DNA of 64,000 nucleotides from Gammaproteobacteria bacterium (GTDB lineage: Bacteria; Pseudomonadota; Gammaproteobacteria; Eutrophobiales; Eutrophobiaceae). Each line of letters opens with the position of its first letter. The stretch's first letter is position 1. The notes beneath the pieces were generated by a model. It searched no databases. It saw only the letters and a list, made by a program, of their open reading frames with translations, and was not told where the DNA came from. This document shows positions 57,617 through 64,000 of this stretch, piece after piece. The translations under genes were made by a program, and so were the position numbers. The DNA lies in the NCBI GenBank assembly GCA_965222155.1, contig CBDCTH010000012.1:1504001-1568000 (forward strand), read 5' to 3'.

Positions 57617-58327
57617 ATGAAATTCAAACAGACTTTGATACCCGGTACATTGATTAAACGGTATAAGCGTTTCCTGGCTGATGTCACGCTGGCTGACGGG
57701 CAAACCGTTACGGCACATACGCCTAATACCGGTTCCATGCTGGGTTGTTGTGAACCCGGCTCGCGTGTCTGGTTGTCTGATTCAGGTAACCCGGAGCGCA
57801 AGTACCCCCTGAGTTGGGAACTGGTAGAGACAGCGCCAGGCGTCCTGGTAGGCATCAATACAGGTTTGCCGAACAAACTGGTGATTGAAGGAATACGGAA
57901 CGGTACCATAAACCAATTACAGGGATACGCCGGTATCCGCCGGGAAATACGCTATGGAAAAGAAAAAAGCCGTATCGACCTGCTACTGGAAGGACCCGGG
58001 AGAGCGCCCTGCTACGTCGAGGTGAAAAACGTAACCCTGGCGCGGGGCGGCATCGGTTATTTCCCTGATGCCGTCAGCGCGCGCGCCAGCAAACACCTGC
58101 GCGAACTGGCTGCGGTTGTAGCTGAGGGAAAGCGCGGTATCATCTGTTTTTGTGTACAACGAAAAGACGTATATGAAGTCAGGCCCGCCGATTCGATAGA
58201 CAGCAAATATGGTGCTACGCTGAGGCAGGCGCTTGACAGCGGTGTTGAAGCCATAGCATGGCAGGCTCATGTTTTACCGGATGAAATCAGGATTGATAAA
58301 AACCTGCCGGTACGGATACTTGCTTAG
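57617..58327 (+). CDS. sfsA: SfsA DNA/RNA nuclease
   Basis: KRYKRFLADV, HTPNTGSM, SRIDLLL, YVEVKNVTL, FPDAVS.RA.KHL. Confidence 0.94.
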   Translation: MKFKQTLIPGTLIKRYKRFLADVTLADGQTVTAHTPNTGSMLGCCEPGSRVWLSDSGNPERKYPLSWELVETAPGVLVGINTGLPNKLVIEGIRNGTINQLQGYAGIRREIRYGKEKSRIDLLLEGPGRAPCYVEVKNVTLARGGIGYFPDAVSARASKHLRELAAVVAEGKRGIICFCVQRKDVYEVRPADSIDSKYGATLRQALDSGVEAIAWQAHVLPDEIRIDKNLPVRILA

Positions 58328-58333
58328 GATTGA

Positions 58334-58417
58334 ATATTTGGGGCCAGAGTAAAATACAGTCAACTTGGTAGGCAGTACTAGCAGACTGTTGAGTATTTTT
58401 ACTCTGACCCCAAATAT
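58334..58417. repeat. REP/REPIN-like element family C between convergent sfsA and phaC
   Basis: atatttggggccagagtaaaa...ttttactctgaccccaaatat. Confidence 0.9.
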
Positions 58418-58418
58418 C

Positions 58419-60230
58419 TCAAGGCTGTTTGACGTAACTACCCGGGGCCTCCTCGATAATGTCTTGGCCATTTGCGCCGGGATGGCGCGCGGGGATTTTA
58501 TTGCCGGCATACTGTTCAAGCCACGCCTGCCAGTCCGTCCACCAGGAACCGGGATGGAGTTCGGCATTGTCGTACCATTCCCGGGATGGGGCATTAACAG
58601 ACGGCCCGGTATAATACCCGTACTTGTTTGCAGCAGGCGGGTTGATGATGCCGGCAATATGTCCGGACTTGCCCAGGACGAACTTCACCGGGCCTGCCAT
58701 GAGTTGTGCGCCCAGGTAGGTGCCCTCCCAGGGAGCGATATGATCCTCTTCCGTGGAAATGAAGTATGCCGGTGTTTGAATAGTCTTTACGTCAATGGGG
58801 CTACCGGCAATACTCAAGCCTCCAGGCTCCTTGAATGCGTTTTTCAGGTACATGGTGCGCAGGTACGTACTGTGCATTTTGGCCGGGAGGCGGGTCGAAT
58901 CGGCATTCCAGTAAAGCAGATCAAACGGGAACGGCTCTTTGCCCAACAGGTAATTACGCACGTAGAAAGACCAGATCAAGTCATTGGACCGCAACATGTT
59001 GAACGTGGCAGCCATTTCCTTACCGTCATGGTAGCCTCTCTCATTCATGGTTTTTTCCAGGCTCTCAAGTTGCTGATCATCAATAAACACGCCCAGGTCT
59101 CCAGGAATGGAAAAATCGATGAGCGAAACAAAATAGCTAGCCGAAGCCGCGCGCGTATCATCTTTTGTCCGCATATAAGCCAGCGTTGCAGCCAGAAGTG
59201 TTCCTCCGATACAATAACCGACCAGGTTGATAGCGGATTCACCGGTGATTTTTTCCACCGCGTCAATAGCCGCTAATGCTCCTTCCGTCACATAGTCTTC
59301 AAAATCCTTATGTCCCAGTTTCTCATCCGGATTTACCCAGGAAATGATAAATACCGTATGTCCCTGGTCAACCAGCCATTTAATCAAGGAATTCTGCGGT
59401 TGAAGATCAAGCACGTAATATTTATTGATCCAGGGCGGAATGATCAAGAGGGGCAGACGAAAGGCCTGCTCGGTCGACGGATTGTATTGAAGCAACTGCA
59501 ACAGGTCGTTCTGAAAAACCACTTTGCCGGGAGTAAGCGCAACATTCCTGCCCAGTTCAAATGCCTGGTCGTCCGTCATTTTAATCCGTAAACGGCCTGA
59601 ATCGGAATCAAAATCATCGATAAAATTTTGCATCCCCTTGACCAGGTTTTCCCCTTTTGACTCAAGAGTAGCCTCCAACACCTCCGGATTGGTAACAAGG
59701 AAATTTGTCGGCGACATGGCATCAACAAACTGCTTGGTATAGAATTGCGCCTTTTTGGCGGTATTCTCATCCAGGTCGTCCGCGTCAGCAACCGCAGAGT
59801 GAATGGCGTCGGCTGTGACCAGGTAAGACTGCTTGATAAAACTGAACAAAGGATTTTCATCCCAGGCCGAATGTTTAAAACGACGGTCGCCCTGTTCAGG
59901 TGTTCTAACCTCGCTGCTCTGCTCTCCCAAAAACGCCCTGGCGCTGTTAATCCAGAGGTCCGTATAAGCAGTCCAGGCTTGTGCCTGTGCCTCGATCAGC
60001 TTATCGGGATTTTTCATAAGTGACGCAGACAGTTCAAGAAATGCCCGCCCCGCTCCAGTCGAGTCGGCATTTCCACTGACGGCCTGTCCCTGATGTGACA
60101 TGAAGTTCTGTAATAAATCCTGATATCGGCCGCTAATATCAGCCATGATTCCAGCCAGTTTTTCCGTGTTGAAATCAGGCTGCCCGCCTTGTTCTGTTTT
60201 ACTCAAGCTATAACTCCGGTTCTGAAACAA
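58419..60230 (-). CDS. phaC: Class I polyhydroxyalkanoate synthase (start uncertain)
   Basis: DRRFK, SPTNF, PPWINKYY.LDL, GYCIGG, DHIAPW, SGHIAG, SWW. Confidence 0.95.
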   Translation of the reverse strand: MFQNRSYSLSKTEQGGQPDFNTEKLAGIMADISGRYQDLLQNFMSHQGQAVSGNADSTGAGRAFLELSASLMKNPDKLIEAQAQAWTAYTDLWINSARAFLGEQSSEVRTPEQGDRRFKHSAWDENPLFSFIKQSYLVTADAIHSAVADADDLDENTAKKAQFYTKQFVDAMSPTNFLVTNPEVLEATLESKGENLVKGMQNFIDDFDSDSGRLRIKMTDDQAFELGRNVALTPGKVVFQNDLLQLLQYNPSTEQAFRLPLLIIPPWINKYYVLDLQPQNSLIKWLVDQGHTVFIISWVNPDEKLGHKDFEDYVTEGALAAIDAVEKITGESAINLVGYCIGGTLLAATLAYMRTKDDTRAASASYFVSLIDFSIPGDLGVFIDDQQLESLEKTMNERGYHDGKEMAATFNMLRSNDLIWSFYVRNYLLGKEPFPFDLLYWNADSTRLPAKMHSTYLRTMYLKNAFKEPGGLSIAGSPIDVKTIQTPAYFISTEEDHIAPWEGTYLGAQLMAGPVKFVLGKSGHIAGIINPPAANKYGYYTGPSVNAPSREWYDNAELHPGSWWTDWQAWLEQYAGNKIPARHPGANGQDIIEEAPGSYVKQP

Positions 60231-60293
60231 TACATGTTTGTGCGCCGCATCATAGTGCCAGGAAGTTGATTTGTCAACGTTTATGCCAATTAT

Positions 60294-60621
60294 GGGGACA
60301 CAATACTTAATTCAGGAAAAATAAATCTGCTTCCTTTTCCACAGAACAGGGCAAACGCATACTTTTGAATTCAGACGTTTTTACCCGATTCCGTCATTCT
60401 GGCGCAAGCCAGAATCCAGTGAATAACCCTTCATTACCCTGAGCATGCGCTGTTGTTTGACTGGATGCTGGCATTCGCCAGCATGACGGGCGGCGTTGTC
60501 CGGTTGGTTTCCTGTCTTCTGCAACAGAATCCAAAAGTATGCGTTTGCCCTGTTCCACAGAATTAAATATTGTGTCCCCTGAATCCCCTCACAGAATTAA
60601 ATATTGTGTCCCCTGAATCCC
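60294..60621. repeat. ggggacac...gtgtcccc inverted-repeat element hosting a MITE, right arm tandemly duplicated
   Basis: ggggacacaatacttaatt (60294-60312) versus aattaaatattgtgtcccc (60561-60579), repeated again near 60595-60613. Confidence 0.82.
60347..60552. mobile_element. 206-bp MITE (family D) with 10-bp TSD
   Basis: TIR cagggcaaacgcatacttttg / caaaagtatgcgtttgccctg; ttccacagaa at 60337-60346 and 60553-60562; inverted relative to the 22.3-kb copies. Confidence 0.94.
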
Positions 60622-60649
60622 TGAATACCCTGAATTACTGAAATGCGGG

Positions 60650-61066
60650 CTACGACCAGTTTCTGACTTGTAACCCTTTAAACGCCCGGAATTCGGCCGG
60701 GTTTGAGGTAGCGAGAGTCATCTTATTGACGTATGCAATCGCTGCGATCTGGGCAACGATGAATGAGGGTGTCTGGCCCATGGCTGCCAGTCTTGCGCGT
60801 TCAACGGCGTGCCAGTCCGCAGCTTTATGATCATATTCAAGGATGGGGAAACTGGCTAATATCACGTCTTCGATATAACGCGCTATCACTTCCCTTTGGC
60901 GTAAATGCGTAAGCCGTGAACAACCAAATCGTAACTCATGCCATACCAGCGCAGGAATTGCCACTTCGCCTTCGTGTTCGTACAGCCTGCGCATAATACC
61001 TTCGGATGGTCTTGATTTCAGCGGCTCCGATACCACACTGGTATCAAGTAAGTACTTTGCCATCAT
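60650..61066 (-). CDS. VapC/PIN-domain toxin
   Basis: YLLDTSVVSE, WHELRFG, QIAAIA, TSN..EF. Confidence 0.88.
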   Translation of the reverse strand: MMAKYLLDTSVVSEPLKSRPSEGIMRRLYEHEGEVAIPALVWHELRFGCSRLTHLRQREVIARYIEDVILASFPILEYDHKAADWHAVERARLAAMGQTPSFIVAQIAAIAYVNKMTLATSNPAEFRAFKGLQVRNWS

Positions 61067-61344
61067 AGATTAACCTTACGTCCCTGTATGTCTTTGCGTG
61101 ATACCGGGAACAACCGGTCGGGTTGAATATTAAGATTCGCCAGGTCGACATTGACCGTAAAGTTACGGTATGTTTCCGCAAAGCCGCGCCGGCTGGAGGA
61201 AAGTTGCTCAAAGTGGCGCTGACCAATAAGCATTGCAACCAACTCGCCGCGCCGGGTCAGTCCAACTATTTTACCGTGTTCCGCCTCATGAACCAATCTC
61301 GGAAAAATACTGCGGGCAGCAGAGATAGAATAGCTTTCGCTCAT
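61063..61344 (-). CDS. Phd/YefM-family antitoxin
   Basis: YSISAARSIFPRLVHEAEHG..V.LTRRG..VAML; 4-bp overlap with the toxin. Confidence 0.85.
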   Translation of the reverse strand: MSESYSISAARSIFPRLVHEAEHGKIVGLTRRGELVAMLIGQRHFEQLSSSRRGFAETYRNFTVNVDLANLNIQPDRLFPVSRKDIQGRKVNL

Positions 61345-61433
61345 GATTTGACTATTATGTACATGTAGATGTACTATTATAGCACATCTACATAAAATAT
61401 GTAACCATATCTGCAGCTTGTAGATATTTGGGG

Positions 61434-62618
61434 TCAGACGACTTCGAACAGACCTGCGGCGCCCATTCCACCACCGACACACATAGTGCAAACCACGTAT
61501 TTTGCTGCGCGACGCCTGCCTTCTATCAGGGCATGCGCCACCATACGGTTGCCGGACATGCCGTATGGGTGACCGATGGAAATAGCGCCACCATTTACGT
61601 TAAGCAGGTCGTTGGGAATACCGAGCTTGTCGCGACAATAGACTACCTGCACGGCAAAGGCTTCGTTTAATTCCCATAAGCCAACGTCATCCATGGTCAA
61701 ACCGTTTTGTTTCAGCAAGTTGGGGACGGCATACACCGGACCGATACCCATTTCATCAGGCTCCAGACCGGCAACTGCAAGGCCGCGATATACTCCCAGC
61801 GGCTCCAGATTCTTTTTTTCGGCCAGGCGGCTGTCCATCAATACACAGGCTGATGCGCCATCAGACAGTTGACTGGCATTCCCGGCAGTAATACATCCGC
61901 CATCAATTACCGGAGCCAGACCCTGCAGGCCCTCAAGGGTGGTTTCAGGGCGGTTGCCTTCATCATTTTTCAACACCACCTCCTGGTAGCTGACTTCCCC
62001 GGTTTGTTTGTCTATCACGGCTTTAGTTGAATTCAGGGGCGCCAGTTCTTCGTCGAATTTTCCTGCTTGCTGGGCGGCAGCCGTGCGTTGCTGGCTTTGC
62101 AGGGCGTATTCATCCTGGGTTTCCCGGTTGATCCGGTAACGTCGGGCCACTATTTCCGCGGTTTGCAGCATGGGGATATAGGCATGGGCGTTTTGTCGGG
62201 TCACGCTCTCATCGGTGCTCTTGCCGACAAGTTCAAAGGCGTCATTTTGAACCAGACTGATGGAGTCCAGACCTGCCGCCACGACCACAGGTACGTTATC
62301 CAGCATGACTTGTTTTGCTGCGTTTGCAATTGCGATCATGCCTGACGCACATTGCCGGTCCACCGACATCGCGCTTGTTGCCGCGGGGAGTCCGGCCGCC
62401 AGGGCGCTCGTTCTGCCTATATTCCAACCGCTTGTCCCGAGTTGCATGGCGCAACCCATTATAACGTCATCGACCTCGTCCGCCTCTATCCCGGCGCGTC
62501 GAACGGCTGCGTGAATTACGTGACCTCCCAAAGTCGGGGCTTTGGTGTTGTTGAAGGCGCCGCGCCAAGCCTTGCCGATGGGTGTACGCGCAGCCGCGAC
62601 GATTACAGCTTCTTTCAT
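61434..62618 (-). CDS. Acetyl-CoA C-acyltransferase (thiolase)
   Basis: [33 protein letters not shown]. Confidence 0.94.
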   Translation of the reverse strand: MKEAVIVAAARTPIGKAWRGAFNNTKAPTLGGHVIHAAVRRAGIEADEVDDVIMGCAMQLGTSGWNIGRTSALAAGLPAATSAMSVDRQCASGMIAIANAAKQVMLDNVPVVVAAGLDSISLVQNDAFELVGKSTDESVTRQNAHAYIPMLQTAEIVARRYRINRETQDEYALQSQQRTAAAQQAGKFDEELAPLNSTKAVIDKQTGEVSYQEVVLKNDEGNRPETTLEGLQGLAPVIDGGCITAGNASQLSDGASACVLMDSRLAEKKNLEPLGVYRGLAVAGLEPDEMGIGPVYAVPNLLKQNGLTMDDVGLWELNEAFAVQVVYCRDKLGIPNDLLNVNGGAISIGHPYGMSGNRMVAHALIEGRRRAAKYVVCTMCVGGGMGAAGLFEVV

Positions 62619-62678
62619 GGAACTTGCCTCGAGTATATAATGGTGGTTCCCGAGATATAAAGCAGATCCCAGGAGTTA

Positions 62679-63326
62679 TCAGTCGGTGTCCGGAAACAAC
62701 CAGGGTCTTTCTTTTGCTCTTTGCTGTTCATATTCCCTTATCAGGTCGTCGTTCTCCAGCGTGATACCGATATCATCCAGACCCAGCAACAGCCTTTCCT
62801 TGAGTGCCGGTTCAATATCGAACACCAGTATCTCTCCGGATGGAGTTGTGATCGTCTGTTCGCGCAGATCAACCCTTAGACGGTATCCCTCTGTTGTTTC
62901 GACTTCCCGGAATAACCGGTTAATCTGGTGTGCGGCAAGCACGATGGTCAATAAGCCATTCTTGCCCGAGTTGGTAAAAAAGATATCACCGAAACTCGGT
63001 GCAATCACACAGCGAAAACCATACTCATACAAGGCCCAGACAGCATGTTCCCTGGATGAACCGCAGCCGAAGTTTTCCCGGGCCAGGAGTATTTGCGCGC
63101 CCTGGTAACGCGGCAGGTTAAGCACAAAGTCTGCCCGTAACGGGCGTTGGCTGCAATCCTGTTCCGGCTCTCCCACATCAAGATAGCGCCAGGGATCAAA
63201 CAGGTTTGGACCAAAGCCGGTGCGGAGAATGGATTTCAGGAATTGCTTGGGAATCATGGCGTCAGTATCGACATTGGATCTGTCGAGGGGCGCAACCAGG
63301 CCATCGATTGTCGTAAATGCTTGCAT
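62679..63326 (-). CDS. leuD: 3-isopropylmalate dehydratase small subunit
   Basis: [30 protein letters not shown]. Confidence 0.96.
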   Translation of the reverse strand: MQAFTTIDGLVAPLDRSNVDTDAMIPKQFLKSILRTGFGPNLFDPWRYLDVGEPEQDCSQRPLRADFVLNLPRYQGAQILLARENFGCGSSREHAVWALYEYGFRCVIAPSFGDIFFTNSGKNGLLTIVLAAHQINRLFREVETTEGYRLRVDLREQTITTPSGEILVFDIEPALKERLLLGLDDIGITLENDDLIREYEQQRAKERPWLFPDTD

Positions 63327-63345
63327 AACCGTTATTGTCACATAG

Positions 63346-64000
63346 TTAAGGCAAGGGTACATCAGCTGCGGATAATAACTCGCGCACGTCAACAAAATGA
63401 CCGGCTATACCCGCCGCCGCCGCCATGGCCGGGCTGACCAGGTGAGTGCGGCCTCCCGCACCCTGGCGCCCTTCAAAATTGCGGTTGGAGGTTGATGCGC
63501 AACGTTCACCCGCACCCAGTTTGTCTTCGTTCATGCCCAGGCACATGGAACAACCCGGCTCGCGCCATTCAAAACCGGCATCAACGAAAATTCTGTTCAG
63601 TCCTTCTGTCTCCGCCTGGCGCTTGACCAATCCGGAACCCGGCACCACCAGGGCCTGTTTAACGCTTTTTGCGAGTCGTTTGCCGGCAACCACACGGGCG
63701 GCTTCTCTCAGGTCCTCGATACGTGAATTTGTGCAGGAACCGATAAATATCTTGTCCGGTCTTATCCCGCGAATCGGCGTACCCGGAAGCAGATCCATAT
63801 AAGCCAGGGCGTTCTGCATACCCTCCCGCTTTACAGGGTCAGGTTCGCCGTCCGGGTCCGGGATCCGGTCATCAATTGACGCTACCATCTCCGGTGATGT
63901 GCCCCAGGTTACACAGGGCTGTACCTGGGCGGCATCGATTTCAACGGTATGATCAAACAGCGCGTCCGGGTCACTGTGCAGGTTGTTCCAGATACTCACG
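63346..64000 (-). CDS. leuC: 3-isopropylmalate dehydratase large subunit (3' part; runs off the window)
   Basis: [35 protein letters not shown]. Confidence 0.96.
   Translation of the reverse strand, partial: VSIWNNLHSDPDALFDHTVEIDAAQVQPCVTWGTSPEMVASIDDRIPDPDGEPDPVKREGMQNALAYMDLLPGTPIRGIRPDKIFIGSCTNSRIEDLREAARVVAGKRLAKSVKQALVVPGSGLVKRQAETEGLNRIFVDAGFEWREPGCSMCLGMNEDKLGAGERCASTSNRNFEGRQGAGGRTHLVSPAMAAAAGIAGHFVDVRELLSAADVPLP

Noticed and set aside
58365-59276. 303-aa ORF on the + strand
   Set aside because: Antisense to well-conserved phaC, starts within a repeat and has no recognisable motif.

Overview
A 64-kb gammaproteobacterial chromosome segment. The left arm is core synteny (era-rnc-lepB-lepA-degP-rseA-rpoE / nadB-ligA-smc / queF-dksA), but zipA and rseB/rseC are missing from their usual slots and a 1.45-kb mosaic of mobile-element fragments sits against the nadB start codon. 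From about 17.2 to 51.3 kb is an accessory, largely aromatic/acyl-CoA catabolic region. It holds a TTQ amine dehydrogenase (heavy + light chain, no mauE/D/G) followed by a Rieske oxygenase, a BrnTA module, an LLM monooxygenase, an ~8.1-kb serralysin/RTX gene with two +1 frameshifts flanked by inverted composite repeats, a second Rieske oxygenase/CoA-ligase/thiolase-DUF35/SDR operon, and a Na+-pumping glutaconyl-CoA decarboxylase with a non-decarboxylating-type glutaryl-CoA dehydrogenase run into abm-like beta-oxidation genes. The right arm carries mtaB, msrA, a KamA-family radical SAM enzyme, sfsA, phaC, VapBC, a thiolase and leuCD. At least five families of non-autonomous palindromic elements occur, nested in each other, at module boundaries and once in frame inside a gene; one family has two verifiable 10-bp target-site duplications. 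No rRNA, tRNA, CRISPR array or intact transposase was seen. All family calls come from motif recognition by eye, not database searches.
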